Shown: piece after piece, positions 15,409-28,211 of the stretch
Layout: every line of letters starts with the position of its first letter
Numbering within the stretch: the first letter of the stretch is position 1
Assembly (NCBI GenBank): GCA_025786725.1
Contig: JAHLTZ010000003.1
Span: forward strand, 310,001-374,000
Direction: 5' to 3'
Origin: Syncephalis fuscata S228
Taxonomy: Eukaryota > Fungi > Zoopagomycota
Length of the DNA: 64,000 nucleotides
Position numbers and translations under genes: made by a program
Notes under the pieces: generated by a model
Databases searched by the model: none
The model's input: the letters and a program-made list of their open reading frames with translations, nothing else
Told to the model about the DNA's origin: nothing

Positions 15409-16785
15409 ATGACGAGATTTTATAACTTTTTTACAATTGTGATGATTGGTACCCTGGTGGCACTAATTCAAACGGCAATGGCATATGTTCCTTACGAAAT
15501 ACGCATAGGTATAATAACATATATAACATTTATGTAATACTAATTTATATACTTATTTGATAGATAATGTCGAACTCTTCAATGCTGGTGCGCGACATTT
15601 GGACGATCACAGTAACCAGGCTCAGTATAATATCACAGATTTAAAATGGTTTGGTATAGGAGAATTGGGAGCTTTTGCCAATGTTAAATGGAACAATCAA
15701 GATGGTGTCCTTAATTGTAAACGGGACACTAATACAATCACAAAAGGATATCAGGTTTTTACTGTATGAACAAGACGGTATTGTAGTTGCATTTACTTAT
15801 TTATTATGATGTAGGCATTGGAAAAGGGCGAGAAAATGTTTTCTGACAAGCAAGCACCTGGCAGAAAGTACATCCAGCGCCCATTGTCAAGATTTATTAT
15901 TCCAAGACCACCTGGAACTCACACCAGTGCCACCGACTGTTACATCCACGAAAAGGTCCAAGGAGTTCCGCTTGGCCAATTTATAGCTAAAAAGACCTGG
16001 GAGGAAAAGGCAGTATTTCTACCAGATATATTTTATAAAGTGACCCAAGGTGAGCAAAATCTATTGCACTAGCACCTACATGTTAGCTAATCTTTATATG
16101 TAGCAATTATGTACTGGCGCAGCCTTAACATTATGCACGCCGGCATTACTGAAAACAGTATGTATATTCATATTCAAAAATTGCATTCTAACATTGATCT
16201 GTAGCTATTATGGTTGAGCAAATAACCGCAGACCACGTACGCGTCAAGGTTTATGATTATACAAGGGCAAGCATATTAGTTGGGCAAAATAATAATGTAT
16301 TTGAAAGCGGAAAGCTTTCTACGTTAAAAGAATTGAGTAGCAAAACGGCTACTGAAAAGTGCTACAATCAAAATGTAATGCTTAGTATAATGGTATACTA
16401 TGCAATCACTGGAGCTTATCCACCGGTCAGGCCAGAATCAAAACTGGAAGCTTACCGTTATCTACAGACACATGTTCAAAGCATACTAGATCCATCGTCA
16501 ACACGATCCTCAGCTATTTTGAACAATCCAAAACAAAATCCTAGTGAGAAATTCAAAAATGTATGGAACCAAACACCGCAATATCCAACGGTTGCCAATG
16601 TTCGCGCCGTCAAACAAATATTCCCTCTTATACAAACTATCGAGCCACTATTTGCCGTAAAAAACACTGACTGCACAATTCCTTCTAATGTTTTGCACAA
16701 GTTGCTACCGCCTATGAGACCCATTGCAAACATGGGCAAATGGATGCATAACAAGTTTTCGAAACCAAAACAAGTAGTCGTATAG
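15409..16785 (+). CDS. Secreted kinase-fold protein (probable pseudokinase), copy A
   Basis: Signal peptide MTRFYNFFTIVMIGTLVALIQTAMA. CYIHEKVQGVPL hinge, IMHAGITEN in place of HRD..N, KVYDYT in place of DFG, YYAITGAYPP alphaF-like segment. Confidence 0.75.
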
Positions 16786-17399
16786 TTTAAATATCTTTAC
16801 AATGCTTGCAAAGCAATAAAATTATTGTTTAACAACTTGGTATTATTTGGGCCAAATGCGCATTTAATACTATTCGCGTAACTAAACTATATGTTTTTTC
16901 TATTGAACATCAAATACGTATGGTTTGATGCTAAAATAAACTAGATAAATCAAATTTTATCAGTAGTAGAACTAGCATCAAACAGAAAGCATTTGGAGAT
17001 AACTAGTAATTATATATAATAAGCTTAGTTGATATATTTGTAAGAATGAATGTAAATAACAAGCATTGTACAACTGTACAAAAACGTATTAATATATCCA
17101 ATAAATTCATTCATTATTTCTATAGCTTGCCTTAAGTGTTTATTTAGTTTGTAATTGAACCAGTAAACAGCGTGAAACTATACAAGGCTACAGTATAAGT
17201 AGTTCTAAGATCAACACATTGAAAAAATGCAATATTATGCGATTCAGACCTGTATAATAAAACAAATTTATTTCAATATATAAATATGACTGCAATAGTG
17301 TTAATAACTATATAATTAGCATCGCCATTAACGTTTAACAAAATAGATGGTATTAATGAAGGTGCCGTTTAAAAATAACCGGTCCGTACTTGCATGATT

Positions 17400-17700
17400 G
17401 GAGTTGATAATACACCAATATACAATTGTTTTATGTATAGTCGGACTTTTTTGCTCCTTCCAACATTCATGCACCCTTGCTATTCTCCTTTATTGCATAG
17501 CTACTAGATTGGGAGACACTTACACGTTTATACTCAAGTCTTATCTTGGTCATAGCTTAAAATCAATACCCAGTTATTCATAGCCAATATCACCAGTGTT
17601 GAATATTGGCACGGCAGTCATTTGATTAAAATCATCATAGACGACACTATTAATGTGTTTAGTAAATCAACAACTGTGATTTGAGTTTACTGTTCACCTA
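17400..17700 (-). pseudogene. Possible decayed kinase-like gene fragment
   Basis: After a TAG acceptor, broken frames give QITVVDL...PIFNTGDIGYE*LGIDF, loosely resembling DFG/APE-region spacing. Several stops. Confidence 0.25.
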
Positions 17701-18380
17701 GTAAATAGGCCTTTAAATATAAATGTGACAACTGATATGAAACGCTAGATTTGAGCCATTTTATACATAGCTATTGCTATTACTGGTATTACTGCTAGTA
17801 ATAGAGATCGTAGCCAGTATCGTCACAATGGTTTCCCAGCAACCATATTAATATACCGTTAGACAGGAAAGCATAACGACATGTTACTAACCATGATGAC
17901 ACTAGCATCATTTTCTTTTCTAAACATACGTGTCAGTTGTATTATAACGTAGGCCTCAAAGGTGGTTCTACCATTAATCTTATCTTATAAACATTCTATT
18001 TTTAGTGATACCATCTTATATCGGTTATTTTATTCATTTCTTGGCAGTTTAAGTCTTTATTCAATTATAAACCGCCGTCCTCTTTCTTTCTAGTACCAAA
18101 CTTAGTTTACACTTGATTGCTTTATCTGACACTTTGTGCGAGTGCACACGACGGTCCTTGCTTTATCCGTACTCCGGTTTTCACCGCTACTGCATCATTC
18201 GCTGCGAGTGCAGTCCCAGTCATATCCTTCTCTTTCTCTTTCGTGCCGTTTCGTTTCGTTTTTACTTCTATTTCATACTTATTGAGCGGACTTGCTCTAT
18301 TCTCAACTCAATTCCAGTGAGCAAACACTTAGAATAGTTTATTCACTATTTTCCTTACTCTGCTGGTATCGCATGCTATT

Positions 18381-20883
18381 ATGTCGTGTCAAATGCAGGA
18401 AAAAGTACTATCTTCTTTACCCAATGCTTCTCCCAACCGGCAGCCTGCGGTGATAATTACACCTACCAACCAGCATAGCAATAACAGTAACAGTAACAGC
18501 AATACTGCTACTACTACTACTACTTCGGCATCATTCTTCTCAGCAACCGATATTCAATTTGGGTCTTCTGTTGATGTTACACTTTGTCTGCCCACAAAGG
18601 ATATAACACATAAAGAACCACTATCTACAGCACATGACACAGACGTATCAAATCTAGCTACAATGACACCCGGCACGGCATCTAATACAGCATCAACAGC
18701 TATGCTAATGACCACTGATAATAATGCAGTTGGTTTAGGCGGACAGCCAGCAGGTATTGGGCGATTAACACATAGTTTTACCTCGTCGGATGACCGTTTT
18801 GCATTTGATGATGGGCCTGTATCAATTTACAACTCGCCTGTCATCATTAATAAACCACAATGCTCATTTTCATCCAATGAAAGTAATACTGACGATGATA
18901 GCGACAGCAACGCCGATGACAGTGAGGATGATAAGCCATTGAACAAAGGCGGTGATTTACGTATAAGTCATCTTTCCTCGTCTTCGTCATCAAATTCATT
19001 GTCAGGCTCAGCAAGATTTGTTCGGCGTACCAATACGCAACGGCGTAAGCTACATTCGCAATTAGCTCCACCACGTCCTGTATCAGTTGCCATGCCTGGT
19101 ATGATGCCATCACCTGAGGATACGCCATTGTCAGCACCAATTTCAGCAACTACACTATCGCCATTCTATAATTTAGGCGAACGAGCCGGTTCTTCAACAA
19201 GTGTTGGTACATCATCGGCTGCATCGGTGGCAGCTGCAGCTGGTCTGCCAATGCCAGGTGTACCTTACGCGGCTGGTGCTATTATTCATCATCGTCGTCG
19301 AAGTTCAAATGGCTCTGTTCAATCAATGCGTAATCATGCAGCACGTGCCTCAATTACACTATCACATGGTGGCGATAGTGCTTTAAATCTTTATCGCGAA
19401 ACGGCAAAACGTACCAATGATCCGAATATTCAATGGGAATTTGCCAAGTACTTACTTGAATGTACGGCAAAAGAAGAGGAAAACAGCGGCAATGGTTCAC
19501 TGCGTCCAAATGGCTCAATCGACTATTTGTCATCATTATCTGGCCGTAATACGCCACAGCCCACTTCACCAGCCAATGGATCAGTCACTTCGTTGCCTAA
19601 TTCATTTGGTACTAGTGCTAGAAATAGTTTTGCTTCTGATGGATATCCATCGAATGCTATGAGTGACCATGAAGATAATTACCAACACTATGCTAATGGC
19701 AACAATCGTAATCAACGGCAAAACAATAATCGCTGGAGTAGTCCACCTAGTCCAACAACAACAACGAATAGCGATACTGCTTCACCATCAATAACATCAA
19801 GTAGTAATGGCCAGGATCCAACATCGTCGTCAAAACAACGTTCACTTAAAGATGAAGCCATTTATTGGGTACATAAACTATCAAAGGCCGGTCAACCAGA
19901 AGCCTGTGCTGTTAAGGCACAATGGCATCAACAAGGCACTTTTGGTATGGTACAAAGCGAAGATAAAGCTATTACACTTTATACAACGGCAAGTAAACAA
20001 AATCATGCACGTGCAGGCCATCGACTTGGCGAGATTTATGAAAAGAAAAAAGGCATTTCAAAGGCTGTGCAATATTATACACGCTCTTCATCACAAAACG
20101 ATGCACTTGCTAATTTGGTAAGTAATCATGACTATTTATTTACATTATAATTAATCAATCAATCAATTAATTAATTAATAGCGATTGGGTAAAGCACATT
20201 TAATGGGTGAATTAAAATTAGCCCGTGATTATAATGCGGCATTGAGATATATTCGTCGTGCATCGGATGCAGCTACATTGGCTGATAAAGAATCCCATGA
20301 AGCACCGTATTTATTGGCTCAGCTTATTGGTGATTTACATCCAACAATTCGATTACCGGCTGATATATTAGCACACGATCCGAGTGGTGCACTTGATCAG
20401 TTTACTCGTGCAGCTGAACTTGGCCACCCAGTAGCGATGTTTGAACTTGCTTATAGCTACGAGTACGCCTGTCTTGGCTTAGAGATGGCCGAACCCGATC
20501 TATCGATTATGTGGTATCGACGGGCCGCCGATCTTGGTCATCCTGATGCGATGGTCGGTCTAAGTGGCTGGTACCTAACCGGTCTCGAAGGTATACTTGC
20601 TCCAGATGATTCGGCCGCCTTTGAATTGTGTTATCGCGCGGCCAATGACCATCATCTGCCCAAGGCTGAATATGCTGTCGGATATTACTACGAGGTTGGT
20701 ATCGGTGTCGACATTGATATGGCCGAGGCCATGCGCTGGTACGAAAAGGCCGCTTCACACGGTAGTCGTGATGCTCAATTCCGTCTTAATAAGCCGGAGT
20801 CAGCGACCAAGTTAAGAAAGTCCGAATACGGCACTGTTAAAATGAAGAAGCATAAAAAGGGAAGTGAGTGCACTGTTATGTAG
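18381..20883 (+). CDS. CHS4: Sel1-repeat chitin synthase activator (Chs4/Skt5-like)
   Basis: Low-complexity N-terminus, LYRETAKRTNDPNIQWEFAKYL, several SEL1 repeats (WYRRAADLGHPDAM, KAEYAVGYYYEVGIG), polybasic stretch plus CAAX (CTVM*). One intron at ~20118-20181. Confidence 0.88.
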
Positions 20884-21135
20884 AAGAATTAGACAAGAAA
20901 ACGCACAAACAGAGTATTGTTTGTAAATGGCAAGAAAAGGGAATGTGTAGTATTTTATATTTAGAATATATTATTAAATATTAATTATTATTATTATGGC
21001 TATTACCATTGTTGCTGTTATTATTATTAACATTATTATAATATTATTATATAGCGTATTTTATTCTATTATTAATAATATCGAATTAACATAATACAAC
21101 TGTGTGTGTGTGTGTGTTCATAACACTAATCGGTA

Positions 21136-24100
21136 TTACTAAATAAAAACAATTTATTAGTATTTCTATTTAATATACAGAATAACTTACCAAATCATTT
21201 AGACGTGTCCTTAAACGTCTATTCTCATCCCGTAGTCGTTCTACTTCATCGCGTAATGCATCCGCATCTCCATAATGTCTAACTAGTGATTCTATTTCGT
21301 TCTATATTAAATACAAACTTGATTAATATAGTAGCCGGTTATTAATTACAATATAAACTACTTACCCGTTGAATATGAAATTGACGTAATAGTTCCAAAT
21401 GTAAATTCTGTAGATCTGCTCGAATCTCTTCACGAAAATCTTGCATACAATCCTCGACGACTCTTTCAACAATGCGTAGTTGAAATGAATTGGTATTGGA
21501 TAACTCGTTGGTTTGTGGTGTATCATGACCATTCATCGTACTACTCGCCAGTGCAGGCATCGCTGATAATGGTGTATCGTCATACAAGCCGGTAAATCCA
21601 TGCTGAACTCGACTTATAGCAGGTGCCGATTTTAGCATACTATCACTTCCATTCTCCATAGCCGTCCCTTTGGCCACTATATTAAGTTGTGGTAAACGAG
21701 GTCGAATAGCTGCATTCACCGCTGCTCCCACACTTCCATCATTGGTGGTATAGGAAATAGAAGAGCGATGTCGTCGATGATAAGTAGTGGGCGGTGTAAT
21801 ATCACGCCCACCCAATTCATATACATTAGATCGTGTTTTAAGATTCCGAATCTAATAAACAAGCCAATTAATTGTTATTCATAGTAATCGTAATAAATAC
21901 CTACTTCGCGTGTACTACCATTAGATGGTGGCGCTATTCCATCACCTTCACTATTTGCATCTATATCAATAGAACCGCCACTTCTTCCGCCACTGTCACT
22001 CTTTCCAAATGTTACTTGAGATCGAGTACGTGAATGTCGTGCTAATGGTGAACCAGCCCGTTCCTCGCCCAATACCGAGGATGGCCGTGATGTATAATAA
22101 GAATTACGTGGTGATACAGAAGGTCGACGTATACCGCCACTACCACTACCACTACCACTATAACCACCACCACTTCCATCACCTGTACCTTCTCGTTCTG
22201 GTATTGCCGTAGCACCATTATATCCACCCGAATTCTCTCTTGATAATCCAGATTGACTTGAAGTTGTAGTTCCAGTAGCTGAATAAGCATCTGGCACTAT
22301 TATTATTATTATTATTAATATACCAATAAAATAGCAATTTAATCACTTACAACTTTCACGATCTGAACGTGATTTGGATCTTAATATTTCCCTCTCTAAT
22401 CGTCCACTTCCTTCACGCACTGGCCGTGTACCTGATGGCGAGGTAACACGCCTCATCATACGTGCTGAATCACCTATTACACATTTAAGTATTGATTAAA
22501 TCTAATTATTAATAACCTACCCGTAAATGCTGATTCAAATTCAACTGGCCCATTATTTTCTTGATCTTTTTCTTGATCTTTTACGGGAGAAAACATATCC
22601 ATATAGGTAATATTGTTGTTGTTGTTGTTGTTGTTATTACTCGTAATATGAGTATTAACCGAGGATGCTGTCTGTGAACGACGCATAGGTGGTGACACTA
22701 AATCCATTGGATCATCAAGTGTTGTTGTTGTTGTTGTTGTAGGTGGTGGCGGTGAAGGTAATCTACGTGTACCACGATGACTGATCATTTCTGTCTTTGT
22801 ATCTGTCAATGTTGGTGTAACTGATTCAGTAGCATTTAATACGGTCGATGTACGTTTTGATGATCCAGTATTAGACGACTTTTTACCCAAAGGTTGAAGC
22901 TATTAATTAAATATAAATGTTAAATATCAAATATAACAGCTATTAAATATTAATATTAATTACCTGAAATAATGTCGATTTGACTGCATGTGGTTCATGT
23001 GCCCATACACTAGCCAACGGTTTTGATGATGATCTTAAATCAAATAATAATAATTTGCCTATTATTTCATATAAATTAAATTACTTATGTTTCATATTTA
23101 ATCGTGTTAATCTACCTTGAATCGTACCCGCCGCAATTGTAACACCATCATTCTTAAATGATAATGTAGTTAATGGCTGATCTGTTGATAATGTCTTAAT
23201 TGCTCTATAATATAGATATTCATTAATTATATTATTAATTAGCCTATTAATAATTACCCTTGTTTCTCAGCATCATATAAAACGACACGTTTATCTAAAC
23301 CAGCTGAACACATCAAATATCGATTAAATGGACTAAATGCCACCCCTTTAACCGGTGCACTATGAACACTTTGAAATGTCTGTATCGGCGTCTGTCCCTG
23401 ATTAGTGTCCAACATATGAACTGCACCATCATCGCCACCACATAATAATAGTGATTTACGGAATTTTGAATAATCAATAGCATTAAGTGACTATGACCAT
23501 TATAGATGAGTTAATGAATTACATCATACACTATATATTTACCTGTTCCGTTGGAATACTATATGGTTGTTGTAGACCCTTTTGTAGATTGTGCACTATT
23601 AGTTTACCCATAACGGATACACTTCCTAAATGTGTCTGATCTATATCAAGGGCCATACTTGTGATAGCGCCTTTATGGCCAGTTAACGATTCAAGCCATC
23701 GACCATCCTGTCTATCCCATCTACGTATAATGCCATGAGAACCGGCCACCATAACTTGTCGTCCTCGTTGTGCCATACACATGGTGGATATTTCACCAAA
23801 TCCCTTTATATAATATCTATTACACCACTGCCATTATATAATACAATAAACACTTACTCCACGTAATCCATCTGCTGTAATACTATCTACACGTGAACCA
23901 TCTGGATTATGAATTGATATAATGCCATCAGACCCAGTTAAGCCCAGCAATTTGCCTATTATATTAGTATATTAGTATTGTATATTATATATTATATTAT
24001 ATATATATTATATTATATGTATTATATACTAAATACTAAATACTAAATACTATATTTCTGACAACTTACCGTCTTCACTCCAGCATGTAGTATTGACATT

Positions 24101-24247
24101 ACCGCCAGCCTCGTCTTTACCAAGTACATAGACTAATCGACATGGATTATCACTGGTTGATTTTGCTTGATTCGAAGAAGGTGGCGTATAACTCCATAGT
24201 TTAACCCCATTGGCCGCCGATGTGACAAGCAGTGGATGATTGGACAT
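21136..24247 (-). CDS. NEDD1: NEDD1/GCP-WD gamma-TuRC targeting factor
   Basis: N-terminal WD40 repeats, disordered linker, C-terminal VVEDCMQDFREEIRADLQNLHLELLRQFHIQ...LRDEVERLRDENRRLR typical of NEDD1. Confidence 0.88.
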
Positions 24248-24694
24248 GTTCGACGCCAAGAGTACACAACCGTAGAATCAAAGGTGGTCAACGCGATTAG
24301 GGAAATGGTCTTAAAGGAATGGAGCCACTAACAAATATCTGCCACGATATATCTGTCCGATATATACCCTATAGGCGATAAATACTAGTGCACGACTAAA
24401 AGTACAAGCAAAGTGTCAAACACTATAGAAAAGAGGAAAGAATGGCCCACTAACCTACACTTTGTAACCAACAAACAACAATAGCAATAGCAATAATAAT
24501 AACATTAAATCAAATTTATAAAGTTTAGCCAACTACACCCACATACACATTACATATATTAATTAATTAATTAGTTGGTTAATTAGTTAAATAGATATAA
24601 TAACATTTGCAGTATAAATCCATTTATTATTTAAACGGTATCACTTGATCGTGATGATGATGATGATGACGATGACACCGCACACTATAATGAA

Positions 24695-26974
24695 TTAAGG
24701 CAAACAACGGCCGGTAAATCGTGGATATAGACAGCATTCACGAACGGTGTATCGGTTAAGTATCCAGGCCAGGAATCGTTCAACACCTAGGCCATACCAC
24801 CATGTTCAGTTGTACCATATTTACGCTGATCCGTGAACCTATTAAACAGTAGTATATTGTTAACATTTATATTGTTATTATCGTCGTCGTCGTCATCTTA
24901 CCAGTAGTATGGTGTTGGGTCAATGCCTTCCCGTTTGTAGCCGGCCATTAGTTCATCTAGATCGGATATTCTCATACTGCCACCAACAATCTCTCCGACA
25001 CCAGGCATGAGTACATCGACAGATTCAGTGACTCGTGGATCATCTTTGCATCGCTTCATGTAGAAACTCTTAATCTCGGCGGGGAATCGACATAACATAA
25101 TAGGGCGACCAATAGCATCGGTCATGGCGCGTTCAGGTGCCTCTGGAATATCGTCACCGAATTCAAAGTCTTTACCATCTTCACGTTTAATACCGTGTTC
25201 GTTCAAGTAAGCAATGGCCTCCTTGTAGTCCATACGCATAAATGGACGGGATGGTTTCTTGAATTCAGGATTCAATTGATAAATAAGTTTGGCTGTGGCT
25301 TCATTGGCCAAGGCACGGTCAATAGTATCACAGATCTAGTATAGATAGAATAGATAAAATAATATGTTATATATATTAATATATTAATAATAAATAAATA
25401 AATAAATAATAAGATCTACTTACCACATCTTCAATAGAGTTTAATAGGGCATCAAAGTCAACAAATACTAATTCAGCCTCCAAATGTGTATATCTATTAT
25501 ATTATTATTATTATTATTGATTAATAAACATATATATATATATATATGTGTGTGTGTATATTACTTACTGTGACAAATGACGACGTGTATGTGAAGTCTC
25601 TGCTCTATAAGATTCAGCCATACAATAAACATCGCCCATTGATGGCAAACAAGTCTCAAGGTAAAGCTGAGATGATTGTGTTAAATAGGCCTATATATAG
25701 AGATAGAGCTGTATATCAATATTTCTTCCTAACATCTATATGTAATATGTAATATACCTTTTCACCATAGTAATCTAGATTGAAAAGAGTACCGCCACCT
25801 TCAACTTGTGTTTGTACCATACATGGTGGTGTTACTTCAGTATAGCCACGGTTATGGAAATGATCACGGAATGACTTCATTAAATCAGATCGGGCACGAA
25901 GTACTGATGAGGCAGTTTCACCACGAATTACTAAATGACGTTGATCATAAAGAACGGTGGGACTTGATTCCTAGTGCTTATTAATATCCTATTACGTAAC
26001 TATCAATAATATAATTACCTCATTCAACTTGTTACCAATGGCATCTTCACCACCTGGTGCCTTGCCTAATACTTGCCAGTAATCCACAACCATTTCATGA
26101 TTATCTGGAGCCTATTTATATATTTTATTAATTACTATAAATATTATAATCATAATAAATACTTACTGTTTTGCCTTCAGGTAATTCTGAAATGATACCA
26201 TAAACAGTGATGGTTGATTCCATAGTAAGCGTCAATGCATCATACGTATGGTTCTATAACGCATTAATACATTATTTAATATTTAGTATTGTTTACTTAC
26301 CAATTTTCCAGTCAATACACATTGAAGGAAGCCGGTACCATCACGCAACACAATGAATCGCATATCTTTGCCTTGTGTACGCATACGATGTACCCAACCA
26401 GATACTTTGACACGTTGACCTCGATGGCTTACACTATCACGCAATTTAATCTATACTATAATTAGCGTGTATTCTATAACCACCACTATTCATAATATAC
26501 AACTTACTGTTTTGGCAGCAGGTAAGCTGGCATCTTGTTCAAGCACAATTGATTTGGCTTCTTCCAATTTGCGCTCCTCTTCAATACGGCGCTGCTCTTC
26601 TTTGGCTGCTTGTTCCTGACGTTGTTGTTCTTGTTTCTTTTGTTTGCGCAACAATTCATCGACGCGCTTCTTGGCCTTTTTAAGAGCGGCACCTGAAATA
26701 GGTGTATAGCTAGCTGGTTCACTATCCGTGGCTGGCTTATACACATGGATCTGAGCCGTCTCGCTATGCTGCAAAGCACGAGCTGCCGTTTGGTATGGCG
26801 CTGACTCGGTGCCATTACCCGTCTCGTCACTACCGTTAGTCTCGTCAACGTAGAGGATCACTAAACAAGGATAGGATAGTAAGTATGCAGTATAGGTCTA
26901 GATAGTTTAGTGTTAAATTTACCATCATTGACCGAAAGATTGGCCGTAGCTTGGGCTAATTCAGACGTCGACAT
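24695..26974 (-). CDS. DED81: Cytosolic asparaginyl-tRNA synthetase
   Basis: [13 protein letters not shown]-domain, SGWVHR OB fold, [47 protein letters not shown]. One base missing in HGGYGLG near 24797. Confidence 0.97.
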
Positions 26975-28211
26975 GTTAAACAGCCAAATCAATCAACTAA
27001 TAGATAGTTGTATACACTATAAGAAGAGAGAACGGTAGTGATATCGACAATAGTTGTCGCAGTGTAGATAGTATAGGTAGAAGTGGAAAAAAAGGTGTCA
27101 AATTCGGCACCTGAACTTTACTTTGCGCCCCAATCCAGTGCAATAAGTCATTTTACGCAATCGATCACAATGATTTGATTAGATTGATTTATGTTTAAAT
27201 GATCGTTTACAATAAACATTAATGTAATATTGTTATCATTTCCATAAAATAGAATTGATTAAATGTAACATTCTATTTGATTTCTTTAAAACATTTAAGA
27301 CTGACCATTGTTGTTGCGCTAACATATACATACTATGTAACATCTCACTTTTAACTTTTAATTTTAATACTTGTTAATTGAGTTAAATAAAATGTCACTA
27401 TTATATAAAATATCGTGTATTTAACATTATTATACAATTTAATTGAATTTATTAGCCATTTAGTATGATTTGATGATCAAATGACTATATTTAATACTAT
27501 TTAATTTATTGAACATGATGATCGCTGGTAAGTGACATTAAATATCAAATTATAATGGTTTAAATACTTTACGTCAACAATGATATAGATTAACATTTAT
27601 TAATGACTATTACGTACTAATAAAATACTAATACATTTATTATAAATTCTAATATTTATTATAACAATCGCTTATAACACATAAATGCTAATAATAACAC
27701 TAACAATAACAATAACAACAACTCGTTTTGGTTATCACAGTTTTCTACTTACTTTACTATATTTGTGATGTGGCCATATGACGCGTTAACACCATTGAAA
27801 GGCATAGTGCTATTTTCTTTTTTTTACACGCATGCTATTATAACCAATCAATGAGCTCCATGATTATTACCCGCAACCAACCAGAGGCGAGTATGATTTT
27901 TCTTTATCGCTACTTATAGACAACAACGACGACGCCGTTTTTCTTCTTTTTTTTCTTCACCTTCTTACTGCTCTGCCGCCGTTGTTGTTGTCGTTACTGT
28001 TACTGCTACTGCTGCTGTTGCTGAAAGTTGTTATTGTTATTGTTTGGTCGTGGTTTAGTCTTCTACTATTACCGCACTATCTCGTTTGTTCTCTCGTCTT
28101 GCCTGCTTTATTTATCGCCACTCTATTTGCGTATACCCTTTTGTGTACACGCGTACAGATTGATTATAGTGCTTTGCTATAAACAAAAGACAAACTATTA
28201 CGAATTTACCT

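Larger units (their letters stand above)
13063..16835. repeat. Left arm of ~3.7 kb inverted segmental duplication (stomatin + secreted pseudokinase)
   Basis: Reverse complement of ~36849-40625. Near-identical from ~13235, more diverged at 13063-13235. Confidence 0.95.
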
